From Nitrosopumilus sp. (GTDB lineage Archaea; Thermoproteota; Nitrososphaeria; Nitrososphaerales; Nitrosopumilaceae), in NCBI GenBank assembly GCA_965207075.1, contig CBDBLO010000002.1, forward strand, positions 320,001 through 384,000: a DNA stretch of 64,000 nucleotides, in the 5' to 3' direction. Shown piece by piece: positions 39,626-49,085 of this stretch. The notes beneath the pieces are model-generated. The model saw only the letters and a program-made list of their open reading frames with translations, had not been told where the DNA came from and ran no database searches. The translations under genes were made by a program, and so were the position numbers. Each line of letters starts with the position of its first letter. Position 1 is the stretch's first letter.

Positions 39626-39655
39626 CCGGCGCCTCCCGTATTGCCGCCGGCCCCT

Positions 39656-40039
39656 TCAGAACGCGACTATCTTCACCGTGTCCATGTACCTGTTTGTGGT
39701 GTACTTGGCCGTCATCTCGGTGATCAGCTTTGCGTTACCCCTCAGCACGAAGAGCTCCATGCACTTTTTGCCGTCTATCTTGCTGTGCATGCGGGTTGTT
39801 ATCATGTCCTCGTAGTCCTTGCTGAGGTCCGACGCGACATTGTCAAAGTCGTCGTCGTGCAGCACGAGCAGTATCGAGTTTATGTCGCCGCTCATCTCTG
39901 CCTTTTGCTTCTCCTCGGAGATGAATGACCTGATCCCCGCCCTGATTATCTCCGAGCGTCCAGAAAAGCCCAGCGCTTCCCTGTACGCGTCAATCTCAGA
40001 GAGGATCTGATCGTTCAGGGAGATCGAGATGATCGACAT
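39656..40039 (-). CDS. NikR-fold (CopG ribbon-helix-helix + ACT-like) metal-responsive regulator
   Basis: IISISL...GFSGRSEIIR RHH and C-terminal H....CMELFVLRG. Divergent from the metal ABC operon. Confidence 0.88.
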   Translation of the reverse strand: MSIISISLNDQILSEIDAYREALGFSGRSEIIRAGIRSFISEEKQKAEMSGDINSILLVLHDDDFDNVASDLSKDYEDMITTRMHSKIDGKKCMELFVLRGNAKLITEMTAKYTTNRYMDTVKIVAF

Positions 40040-40127
40040 ATGTCATATTATTAACATTAATCTTATAAGTTTTTACTATTTATTATTAAGTTAAAAACTT
40101 ATTAATAACTACTTATGGCCGTTAAAT
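40040..40127. promoter_or_regulatory. Very AT-rich divergent promoter/operator between the regulator and znuA1
   Basis: TATTTATTATTA-N10-TTATTAATAaCTAC (40077-40112). The same blocks recur upstream of znuA2. Confidence 0.6.
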
Positions 40128-41417
40128 ATGCTGTCCAAGGCGGTCTACGCGGGTATCGCGATCGCAGTGGTAATTCCGCTTGCCATATTTGCCGTATACA
40201 GCACCACTATAGAGCCGGAACCGGCAGATGTGCAAGATGTGGCTCCGGCAGAGGAGCCGAAGATACTCGTATTATCATCGTTTTATCCAATTGAGCAGTT
40301 TGTAAGTAATGTTGGCGGGGACAGGATCGAGTCGGAACTGGTCCTGCCGCCGGGCGCCGAGCCGCATGACTGGGAGCCCACCGTCAGGGACGTCCAGGAC
40401 ATGAGGAGAGCGGACGTTGTCGTGATTAACGGAGGCGGGTTTGAGACGTGGGTGGAGAGCCTGCACGACGTCGGATTCGAGGGCGTCTTGGTTGATACTA
40501 GTAAAGGAATAGAGTTGATGGAAGCAGTGGAGGGCGCGCATGACCACGGCCATGGCGATGATGACGACCACGGCATGGAGGCCAAGGAGGACGACCACGA
40601 TGACGATGACGACCACGGCATGGAGGCCAAGGAGGACGACCACGATGACGATGACGACCACGGCATGGAGGCCAAGGAGGACGACCACGATGACGATGAC
40701 GACCACGGCATGGAGGCCAAGGAGGACGACCACGATGACGATGACGACCACGGCATGGAGGCCAAGGAGGACGACCACGATGACGATGACGACCACGGCA
40801 TGGAGGCCAAGGAGGACGACCACGATGACGATGACGACCACGGCATGGAGGCCAAGGAGGACGACCACGATGACGATGACGACCACCACGACGATGAGTT
40901 GTTCGGCGATCCGCACATCTGGCTGAACCCGGTTCTCGTCCAGATACAGGTACAGCATATCGCCGACGGGCTCTCAGAGGCCGATCCCAAGAACGCTGAC
41001 TACTATCAGGCAAACGCCGACAGGTACATCGCAGAGCTGCAGCAGCTGGACTCTGACATCAGGACCGGATTGGAGTCGTGTTCGCGTGAGTTTGTAGCGT
41101 TCCACCAGGCGTTTACCTATTTTACATTGGAATATGACCTAGTCCAGCACACCATACTAAAGGCGGCGACCCCTCACAGTGATGTCGCCCCGGGAACACT
41201 CAGGGACGTGATTGAGACTGCCAGGGCGCAGGGCATAGACATCATATTCACCGAAGAGGCAGTCGATCCCAGGACCGCACAGGTTGTTGCAGACGAGATA
41301 GGCGGGCGCGTTATGGTCCTGTCACCGCTCGAGATTGGAGAGCCCGGCGAGACATACATATCCAAAATGTACCAAAACCTTGAGAACCTTCAGGTGGCAT
41401 TATGTCAAGACCAATAG
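40128..41417 (+). CDS. znuA: Zn/Mn ABC transporter substrate-binding protein (ZnuA-like) with His/Asp repeat loop
   Basis: N-terminal anchor, EPHDWEP, DPHIWLNP, FHQAF. Confidence 0.88.
   Translation: MLSKAVYAGIAIAVVIPLAIFAVYSTTIEPEPADVQDVAPAEEPKILVLSSFYPIEQFVSNVGGDRIESELVLPPGAEPHDWEPTVRDVQDMRRADVVVINGGGFETWVESLHDVGFEGVLVDTSKGIELMEAVEGAHDHGHGDDDDHGMEAKEDDHDDDDDHGMEAKEDDHDDDDDHGMEAKEDDHDDDDDHGMEAKEDDHDDDDDHGMEAKEDDHDDDDDHGMEAKEDDHDDDDDHGMEAKEDDHDDDDDHHDDELFGDPHIWLNPVLVQIQVQHIADGLSEADPKNADYYQANADRYIAELQQLDSDIRTGLESCSREFVAFHQAFTYFTLEYDLVQHTILKAATPHSDVAPGTLRDVIETARAQGIDIIFTEEAVDPRTAQVVADEIGGRVMVLSPLEIGEPGETYISKMYQNLENLQVALCQDQ
40557..40886 (+). repeat. 45-bp coding tandem repeat x7 (DDDDDHGMEAKEDDH)
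   Basis: Direct count of GGCATGGAGGCCAAGGAG units. Confidence 0.95.
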
Positions 41418-42169
41418 AGGTATCCAACCTGAGCGCGGGCTATGCCGGAGTGCAGGCCCTTGAGGGCGTGTCATTTGGCGTGGACCAGGGCGAGTTTCTT
41501 GGCATAATAGGGCCCAACGGGGCGGGCAAGTCCACGCTCTTTGCATGCATGCTTGGGCTCAACACACAGTATACCGGCACGATACGGGTATTCGGGCAGA
41601 ACATACACAGGTCCAAGGGTCCGCTAAAAAAGATCGGGTACGTGCCGCAGATGATGCACTTTGAGCGAAACTTTCCCGTTACGGTCCGGGAGGTGATACA
41701 GCTGGGAATGTGGCACGGAGTCCAAGAGGAGCGCGTAGACGAGGTAATGCGCGAGCTGTGGATACATGAGCTTGCAGACCGGCGGATCGGGGAGCTCTCG
41801 GGGGGGCAACAGCAGCGCGTCTTTATTGCAAAGGCCATAGTAAATGATCCCAAGATGCTCATCCTAGACGAGCCCGTCACGGGCATAGACCAGGCCAGCA
41901 TGAGCCTGTTTTATGGAATACTGAAGGACCTCAACTTAAACCACGGAATAACCATCATGTGGTCATCGCACGACCTCGACGCCATAAAATTGATGTCAAG
42001 CCATGTGGCATGCCTGAACCGCACACTGTACTTTCACGGCGCCGCCAAGGAGTTCTTCGCTGACGAGAAGCTGGCGCAGATCATGTGCCAGTGCACCGAC
42101 CCCTCCGAGTGCATGGAGCACAACCCCGGCATCGCCGAACCCCAGCCCATAAGAAACGAAGCCTCGTGA
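41402..42169 (+). CDS. znuC: Metal ABC transporter ATP-binding protein
   Basis: GPNGAGKS, GYVPQ, LSGGQQQR, LDEP, SHDL. Confidence 0.9.
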   Translation: MSRPIEVSNLSAGYAGVQALEGVSFGVDQGEFLGIIGPNGAGKSTLFACMLGLNTQYTGTIRVFGQNIHRSKGPLKKIGYVPQMMHFERNFPVTVREVIQLGMWHGVQEERVDEVMRELWIHELADRRIGELSGGQQQRVFIAKAIVNDPKMLILDEPVTGIDQASMSLFYGILKDLNLNHGITIMWSSHDLDAIKLMSSHVACLNRTLYFHGAAKEFFADEKLAQIMCQCTDPSECMEHNPGIAEPQPIRNEAS

Positions 42170-42238
42170 CACTGGTGGGCGGTTGCAGGTGACGATGGCC
42201 ATGACAGCGACAGGCAGCAGCGCGTGTGGGGGAACGTA

Positions 42239-43057
42239 ATGGTCCTTGAGGTGCTCGCGTACGACTTTATGCAACGGGCGCTCTTGTCCGGCGCCACCAT
42301 CGCCGTGCTGTGCTCCGTAGTCGGGATATTTCTCGTGCTGAGGCGCTTCTCGCTGTTCGGTGACGCCCTGGCCCACTCCTCGTTTGGCGGCGTGGCGCTG
42401 GGACTTTTCATGGGCATCTATCCTCTGTGGATGGCGTACGTGATATCCATAATCAGCGCCGTACTGATCACGCGGATCCGGGAAAAGTACGACGTGTCCG
42501 GGGACGCGGCAATCGCGGTGCTGCTGTCGTCCGGGATCGCGGTGGGGCTGGTCATAATAGGGCTGTCCGGGGGGTTCTCAGTTGACATATTCAGCTTTCT
42601 GTTTGGAAGCATACTGCTTGTAAGCGTAGATGACACCATACTGATACTGGCAATGACCGGCACCATCCTGCTTGTCATACTGGCGCTCTTCAGGCAGATA
42701 CTGTACACTACGTTTGACGAAAAGCAGGCAAAGGTGAGCGGAATACGCGTGGAGCGGATAACCTACATGCTAGTGTTCATGGCGGGGCTGACCGTGGTCA
42801 CCGCGATACAGCTCGTCGGGGTGCTGCTCATCTCAGCGCTCTTTGTCATACCAAACGTCACTGCCATGATGCTGGGGCGCGGGTTTCAGAGCACGGTCAT
42901 CCTATCGATAGGGATCTCCGTATCGACCGTAATCGCGGGTATATTTCTGTCGTATGTACTGAATATCGCCCCTGCCGGAAGCATAGTTGTCTTGGCAATA
43001 TGCGTGCTTGGGGCCACGATGGCGGCAAAGTCCGCCGGACTGTTGGCCCGTCGTTAG
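42239..43057 (+). CDS. znuB: Metal ABC transporter permease (ABC-3 family)
   Basis: FMQRAL, GDALAHSS, FLFGSIL, TFDEKQAKVSG. Confidence 0.9.
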   Translation: MVLEVLAYDFMQRALLSGATIAVLCSVVGIFLVLRRFSLFGDALAHSSFGGVALGLFMGIYPLWMAYVISIISAVLITRIREKYDVSGDAAIAVLLSSGIAVGLVIIGLSGGFSVDIFSFLFGSILLVSVDDTILILAMTGTILLVILALFRQILYTTFDEKQAKVSGIRVERITYMLVFMAGLTVVTAIQLVGVLLISALFVIPNVTAMMLGRGFQSTVILSIGISVSTVIAGIFLSYVLNIAPAGSIVVLAICVLGATMAAKSAGLLARR

Positions 43058-43407
43058 GCCCACCGTCATGCCGTTCGACCCCCCTTCTGCTTCCAGTCGC
43101 GTATGGCCCTTGGGCGGGTCGGCGGGCGGCCGTCACGCCCGCCGCTTCCAAGACGAGGCGATGCAGTCGGCGGATTGCCTTCCCCCCGTATGACGGGATA
43201 CTGCGTTTATCCTCTTTCCTTCCACCCACCTCTCCCACGGCGGCCCTGCTCCTCTAATCGGAGACGGGCATCCCGGTCCCAGCCCCCTGCCGTCCCGGAT
43301 CTGCCAAGGGGCCATGGAGGATCCACGACGCTGGTCAAGCTCGCATGTGTCCGGCCGTCGGGGCCGCCGGATGCGGCCATAGTTGTTATATTTCAATAAA
43401 ATTTTGA

Positions 43408-43445
43408 TATTTATTATTATATTCTCAAGATTTATTAATAGCTAC
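43408..43445 (+). promoter_or_regulatory. znuA2 promoter sharing motif blocks with the znuA1 promoter
   Basis: TATTTATTATTA-N12-TTATTAATAgCTAC. The TATA-like block is about 25 nt before ATG 43461. Confidence 0.6.
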
Positions 43446-43460
43446 CTGCGAGCACCGCAC

Positions 43461-44816
43461 ATGGTATCCAAGGCGGTCTACGCGGGCATCGCAATTGCGG
43501 TGGTGATCCCGCTTGCAATCTTTGCCGTATACAGCACCACGATAGAGCCGGAACCGGCAGGTGTGGAGGACGCTGCCGTTGCAGAGGAGCCACGGATACT
43601 GGTGCTGTCGTCGTTTTATCCAATCTGGCAGTTTGTAAACGCCGTGGGCGGGGACAGGATCGAGTCGGAACTGGTCCTGCCGCCGGGCGCCGAGCCGCAT
43701 GACTGGGAGCCCACCGTCAGGGACGCCCAGCGCATGCAGAATGCAGACGCCATAGCGATTAATGGAATCGGATTTGAGACGTGGCTGGATAGTCTGGAGG
43801 ACATCAACTTTGAGGGCGTCTTGATTGACACCAGCAAGGGAGTAGAGGTGATGGAGGCAGCGGAAGGGACGCACGGCCACGATCATGGCCACGGCCACGA
43901 GGAAGAAAGTGACGACCACGGCGATGATGACCACGGCATGGAGGCCAAGGACGACCACGGCGATGATGACCACGGCATGGAGGCCAAGGACGACCACGGC
44001 GATGATGACCACGGCATGGAGGCCAAGGACGACCACGGCGATGATGACCACGGCATGGAGGCCAAGGACGACCACGGCGATGATGACCACGGCATGGAGG
44101 CCAAGGACGACCACGGCGATGATGACCACGGCATGGAGGCCAAGGACGACCACGGCGATGATGACCACGGCATGGAGGCCAAGGACGACCACGGCGATGA
44201 TGACCACGGCATGGAGGCCAAGGACGACCACGGCGATGATGACCACGGCATGGAGGCCAAGGACGACCACGGCGATGACCACGATGACGACGACCACGTA
44301 GACAAGTTTGTCGGAGATCCGCACATCTGGCTGAACCCGGTTCTCGCCCAGATACAGGTACAGAATATCGCCGATGGGCTCTCAGAGGCCGATCCCAAGA
44401 ACGCCGACTATTATCAGGAAAACGCCGACAGGTACATCGCAGAGCTGCAGCAGCTGGACTCTGACATCAGGACCGGGCTGGAGTCGTGCTCACGTGAGTT
44501 TGTGGCGTACCACTTTGCGTTTGCCTACTTTTCAGAAGAATATGACCTGGTCCAGCACGTCATACTAAGGTCGCTGACCCCGTACGGCGAGATCGCCCCG
44601 AGGACGCTCCATGACGTGATTGAGACTGCCAGGGCGCAGGGCCTGGACATCATATTCACCGACGAGGCGGCCGATCCCAAGACGGCGCAGGTCGTTGCAG
44701 ACGAGATAGGCGGGCGGGTCCTGACCTTGTCACCGCTTGAGATTGTACCGACCGACGAGACATACATGTCCAAGATGTACCAAAACCTTGAGAACCTCCA
44801 GGCGGCGCTGTGCTGA
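43461..44816 (+). CDS. znuA: Second ZnuA-like substrate-binding protein (paralog)
   Basis: Near-identical to 40128..41417 outside the loop. EPHDWEP, DPHIWLNP, YHFAF. Confidence 0.88.
   Translation: MVSKAVYAGIAIAVVIPLAIFAVYSTTIEPEPAGVEDAAVAEEPRILVLSSFYPIWQFVNAVGGDRIESELVLPPGAEPHDWEPTVRDAQRMQNADAIAINGIGFETWLDSLEDINFEGVLIDTSKGVEVMEAAEGTHGHDHGHGHEEESDDHGDDDHGMEAKDDHGDDDHGMEAKDDHGDDDHGMEAKDDHGDDDHGMEAKDDHGDDDHGMEAKDDHGDDDHGMEAKDDHGDDDHGMEAKDDHGDDDHGMEAKDDHGDDDHGMEAKDDHGDDHDDDDHVDKFVGDPHIWLNPVLAQIQVQNIADGLSEADPKNADYYQENADRYIAELQQLDSDIRTGLESCSREFVAYHFAFAYFSEEYDLVQHVILRSLTPYGEIAPRTLHDVIETARAQGLDIIFTDEAADPKTAQVVADEIGGRVLTLSPLEIVPTDETYMSKMYQNLENLQAALC
43911..44261 (+). repeat. 39-bp coding tandem repeat x9 (DDHGDDDHGMEAK)
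   Basis: Nine identical copies of GACGACCACGGCGATGATGACCACGGCATGGAGGCCAAG. Confidence 0.95.
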
Positions 44817-44939
44817 GATCAAATAGGGACTGCGCGGAAAGGCGGCGCCCGTTATTCAAGCTTGGCTGTTGCCCGTGCCGGAGCCCCGTAGTGTCCGGCC
44901 GCTGCCATGGCGGCCGGCGCCCCCACGATGGCGGCAGAG

Positions 44940-47843
44940 TCAGCTAGGCCGCTCGCCGGACGGTATGTTCATCATCATGCCGTCAAGCCTCCTCCTGTCG
45001 CGCACGGCCCTCACATAGAACAGCGAGGCGGAAAGCGCGCCGAGAGCCATGAGTGGCGAGACGAGGTCCGCGTACCTGACTTCGTATGCTAGCGGATCGG
45101 CCTCCTGCAGGTCTGGTGCGCTGTACGTGCTGGGCCTCTCTGAGATGGATATAGCGCCTACCTTGCCGCCCCTCTGCTCTGCAAACCATATGTTTCCGTC
45201 GCCGTCGGACTCTAGAAACTGCACAAACGACGTCGCCGTCGGGACCTCCACCTCGGCCATGTTTCCACTGCGCGGGTCTATGACGCCTATGACGTCTACC
45301 GTGTGCTGCGCAAACCAGACGTTGCCGTACCTGTCAAAGGCCATTCCAAACGGCAGCGCGTCGGCGTCCCGTACCTCGTACCTTGCCAGGGTGTCCAGCG
45401 CGGGATCATACCTCACAACTGCAAAGCCCGTGTGCTCCGTGATCCAGAGGCCTCCACCCTCCGACTCGTCCTCAAAGAGGAGGGCCTCCGGCGCCTCGAG
45501 CGGCCGGTCGGGGCCGATTACCTGCGTCAGGCTGCCGTCACCGGGATCAATGTACCCGACGGTCCCGGTTCCCGTGGCAGTATACCACATCATGCCGTCG
45601 GGCCCCTCTGCCAGCGCAAACGGGAACGAGTCGCGGCCCGGAACGTGGTACTCCTCGAACTCCTCTGACTGCACGTCATACCTTGCTATCAGCCCCTTGT
45701 TTATCACGGTCAGCCACACGTCGCCGTTTCTGTCCGACTCTATGAAAAAGGGCATGGCCTTTTCGCCCGCCGGATCTGACTGGGGCTGCCTCGACTCGAA
45801 CTCCGGGGTCTTTATGGTGGTTATGACATAACTGTCGCTATCCTGCCTCGCATGCCCGATCTGGCCGCCCCTGCTGTCCGTAAACCATATGCCTCGATCC
45901 TTCTCGTTGTACGTGACAAACGACGACGAGACTCCCTCAAACTCGTGCGGGGTGGCCTGGCCCGTCTCCGTGTCGACCTGCCACAGGCGCGGCGCAGACG
46001 CGTCTGTGAACCAGACGCTCCCCGCGTGGTCGTACGCGGCGTGGAGCGGGCTCGTGTCGTTGGCGGGAAGATCGTACTCCGCAAGCGTGGTGTCCATGTC
46101 CGCCAGGTTCGGCCTTGCAAATATGTCGAGGCGCACCGCCTCGTTTGCGTTCTGCAGGCGCTGGGCCTCAATCTCTACGAGCCACTGGCCTGAGAATGCG
46201 AGGGTCAGGACTCCTTGGTATGTGACGGAGCCTGTTGCCGTCGCATCTCCCCTGTCCCGTGTCACGTCCTGCAGGTCAAGCTCGATGGGGGGAATGCCCC
46301 TGGCCGGGTTCGACGCCTTTGCCTTTATCCTATCCAAGTCGCCTAGGTCCGTCCCGTCTGCCCCTGATACCGTTATGGCAATGCCGTTCTCCCCCGTGGC
46401 AAACGGTGTTATCTCGATGTCGAACCTTATGTTCTCGGAGAACTCGGTCGCGGCGAGCCCGACAAACTGCTGCTGCGCCTCGACGCTCCGTATCTCGCCC
46501 GCGGGTAGGGTCCCGTTGGTGAGGATGGCCACTACCACCAGCAGGGCTATCCCGAGCGCCGCATCAACCTTGAGCGTCTTGCTGAGCCTGCCGTGGACAT
46601 GGGGCTTTTTTGATGAGGCGATGTCGGACTCTGCCCTCTTTTGTATGGTGTACTGGACAAGCCCGCCCATGCCCACCATGACTGACGCGATTGCAACCTT
46701 TAGTATAATCAGCTTACCGAATACCGACTCTGTAATCATGCCCACGTCGCTTTCCAGGGTCCACAGCAGGGTGGGGCCGGTCACTATGACGATCCCCACC
46801 GACACTATGAATATTGCAGAGAACCTCGGGATTGCGGCCAGGCTGAGCCGCTCCTTGACGTCGGGAAACCTTGAGAGTACCGGCAGGAGCCCGAACACGA
46901 CGTATATTATCCCGCCTATCCAGACTCCGGCCACTATATTGTGGATATAGTCAAGAAGTATTGCCTCGACAGTCTCCGTCGCCGCGCCATGCCCCGACAT
47001 GCTTGACGTCAGCATGAGGGCCAGCGCGACGGCCAGCATGGCCGCATGCATCGTCTTTGGCCTTGACCTGCCGGCCTTGTTGGCGGCAAACCACGCGCCA
47101 AACAGAACCATGGTGATCGCCATTCTTGCAAGCCATATCATGCCAAACTGTGTCTGGATGGTCTCCACAAGCCCGGACTCCAGTCTTGCCATCTGCAGTG
47201 CAATCACCATCATGTCCGACGCCAGTACGAGCAGCAGTCCCGCCCCCGTAAGCTGCATGAATCTTTTGTGGTGCTCCTGCTCCATTACCAATGATGACGA
47301 CGATGACTCGGTGCGGCCGTGCCGCATGCCCCTGTGGGACTCCCAGACTGCAATTGAGGCCACTGCCGCCCCGACTATGATGGTCTGGCCCACTATGCCC
47401 GGGAGCTCGGCGCCGGCCTCGGGCAGGAACAGCAGTTCTGTCTGCTTCTCCTGGGACAGCAGCTCGGGATCTATTGTTGCCTCCCCTACGCCGAACAGAA
47501 AGACGCCGGGGACCAGGTGGCCGTCCACCTTTGATAGCACCTTTGTAGAGACCGTGTAGACGCCGTCCTCAAGGGGGGGCGTTGAGACGGCCAGCGCCAC
47601 GTCCTCGTGGTGATACCTGAGGTCTCTGTTGTCGACGCGCTCTCCCTTGTCGTTTATGACCTTGATCTCGCTGAACTCTATGTCCACTGATTCTGAAAAG
47701 TATACCAGCACCTCGCTTGTCCCCGCGGGCGCGTTCTGGGCCGTGCTTGGAGTGGTCTCCTCTATGTACGGATGAGCCGATGCAAGTGGGATTGCCGGCG
47801 ACGCCAGCATGAGAGGGACTGCCAGAACTGTCAGCAGAACCAT
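44940..47843 (-). CDS. CopC-CopD fusion with C-terminal Vgb-like beta-propeller and TM anchor
   Basis: ASA-HPY mature His and SKVDGH (CopC); SGHGAA / HNIVAGVWIGG (CopD); repeated GxxWF(T/A) propeller blades. Start 47843 inferred. Confidence 0.88.
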   Translation of the reverse strand: MVLLTVLAVPLMLASPAIPLASAHPYIEETTPSTAQNAPAGTSEVLVYFSESVDIEFSEIKVINDKGERVDNRDLRYHHEDVALAVSTPPLEDGVYTVSTKVLSKVDGHLVPGVFLFGVGEATIDPELLSQEKQTELLFLPEAGAELPGIVGQTIIVGAAVASIAVWESHRGMRHGRTESSSSSLVMEQEHHKRFMQLTGAGLLLVLASDMMVIALQMARLESGLVETIQTQFGMIWLARMAITMVLFGAWFAANKAGRSRPKTMHAAMLAVALALMLTSSMSGHGAATETVEAILLDYIHNIVAGVWIGGIIYVVFGLLPVLSRFPDVKERLSLAAIPRFSAIFIVSVGIVIVTGPTLLWTLESDVGMITESVFGKLIILKVAIASVMVGMGGLVQYTIQKRAESDIASSKKPHVHGRLSKTLKVDAALGIALLVVVAILTNGTLPAGEIRSVEAQQQFVGLAATEFSENIRFDIEITPFATGENGIAITVSGADGTDLGDLDRIKAKASNPARGIPPIELDLQDVTRDRGDATATGSVTYQGVLTLAFSGQWLVEIEAQRLQNANEAVRLDIFARPNLADMDTTLAEYDLPANDTSPLHAAYDHAGSVWFTDASAPRLWQVDTETGQATPHEFEGVSSSFVTYNEKDRGIWFTDSRGGQIGHARQDSDSYVITTIKTPEFESRQPQSDPAGEKAMPFFIESDRNGDVWLTVINKGLIARYDVQSEEFEEYHVPGRDSFPFALAEGPDGMMWYTATGTGTVGYIDPGDGSLTQVIGPDRPLEAPEALLFEDESEGGGLWITEHTGFAVVRYDPALDTLARYEVRDADALPFGMAFDRYGNVWFAQHTVDVIGVIDPRSGNMAEVEVPTATSFVQFLESDGDGNIWFAEQRGGKVGAISISERPSTYSAPDLQEADPLAYEVRYADLVSPLMALGALSASLFYVRAVRDRRRLDGMMMNIPSGERPS

Positions 47844-48235
47844 GGCTCGTGAGGCTTTGGCGATGTTGGTGGCCGATGACAATGATAACGGGTGCAATGC
47901 TGAGTTTGTCGCTGTCCTACTCCCTTTTGTGGCTTGCCCGGGGAACGGCACGGTTCGCATTTGCCTGTATTCGTGCGGTGCCACAAATAAACGCACTTTG
48001 CTCCGGCCACACTCGGGAGTAGCGCCTGCCTGCATCGTAATTTATGCAAGCTGTCGTTTTTAGGCCTCGGGTGACTGCTGTTTCGTGATGCTTTCTGGAA
48101 TTGACTGAATTTCTGAAAATCGTGCCGGCGGCGAACATCCGCGTAAATATAATAACCCATCGTGACTGAAACGATGTGATGGTCGCAGGTACGCCAACAA
48201 CGAGGCTGGTGGTGCCAAAGACGGCCGGACCAAGG

Positions 48236-48922
48236 ATGCTGGCACTGTCCGCATGCGCACTGGCCGTGTTCTTTGTTTTGTCGGCCGGGCTTGCCGCGCC
48301 TTCTTTTGCCCACACCACCATCTCAGTCGACAAGTATGATATTGAGGCCGGATGGGACGTGGAGCCGCCCATAGTGGGACTGAGAAACTCGGTCATACTG
48401 TCGGTAGTCGAGCGCGGTGAAGTAGAGGGCCAGTCCATCGGCGTCACGCATGTCTTTCGGGGCGTGGAGGCGACGATAATGTTCGGCGGCGAGTCAAAGG
48501 TGGCCGCCTTCAACCCCGACAACCTGCCGGGACACTACCTGTCCCCGATAATTCCGACCAGAACCGGGACGTACCTGCTTCAGGTGCAGGGCGATATTCG
48601 CGGCACGCCTGTGGATATCGTGATCCCAATTGAGGACGTGGAGCACACGGCGGCGCTGGACTTTCCGCCTGTCACGGGCGGAGGCAATGGCGGCGGCGGA
48701 GCGGACGCGGCCGATACTGTCGCAATGAAAAAGGCGATATCCTCCCTGCAGCAGGACGTCTCGAGACTGAAATCTGGTGAGGACATGGTACCGTCTGGCA
48801 ACAGTAACAGCAATAGTGATGCGGGCGGCCTGTCTTACAACTTTGCCGTCATGGGACTCTCCATGTCTGCAGTCGCCATTGTCATGGGCGTGATATCCCT
48901 GACTCGAAGGCCTGCTGCCTGA
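48236..48922 (+). CDS. Secreted, C-terminally anchored hypothetical protein with predicted N-terminal His
   Basis: Signal peptide SFA-HT, GWDVEPP, PGHY..PIIPT..GTY, C-terminal TM. Divergent from copCD. Confidence 0.8.
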   Translation: MLALSACALAVFFVLSAGLAAPSFAHTTISVDKYDIEAGWDVEPPIVGLRNSVILSVVERGEVEGQSIGVTHVFRGVEATIMFGGESKVAAFNPDNLPGHYLSPIIPTRTGTYLLQVQGDIRGTPVDIVIPIEDVEHTAALDFPPVTGGGNGGGGADAADTVAMKKAISSLQQDVSRLKSGEDMVPSGNSNSNSDAGGLSYNFAVMGLSMSAVAIVMGVISLTRRPAA

Positions 48923-49085
48923 TGCGTGGCATTGCTTGAGGATCGTCTTCGATCTCAAGTTCACGCTTCGTCCTTTTTGCCGTGCGGTGTCTTGTGCATG
49001 TAGCTTGGCTCGAATGAAGGGCGCTCTGTTTTAATTATGAAAGTTAAAAATATGTAGACAATGTAATTTACTGTTGCCAGTTACA

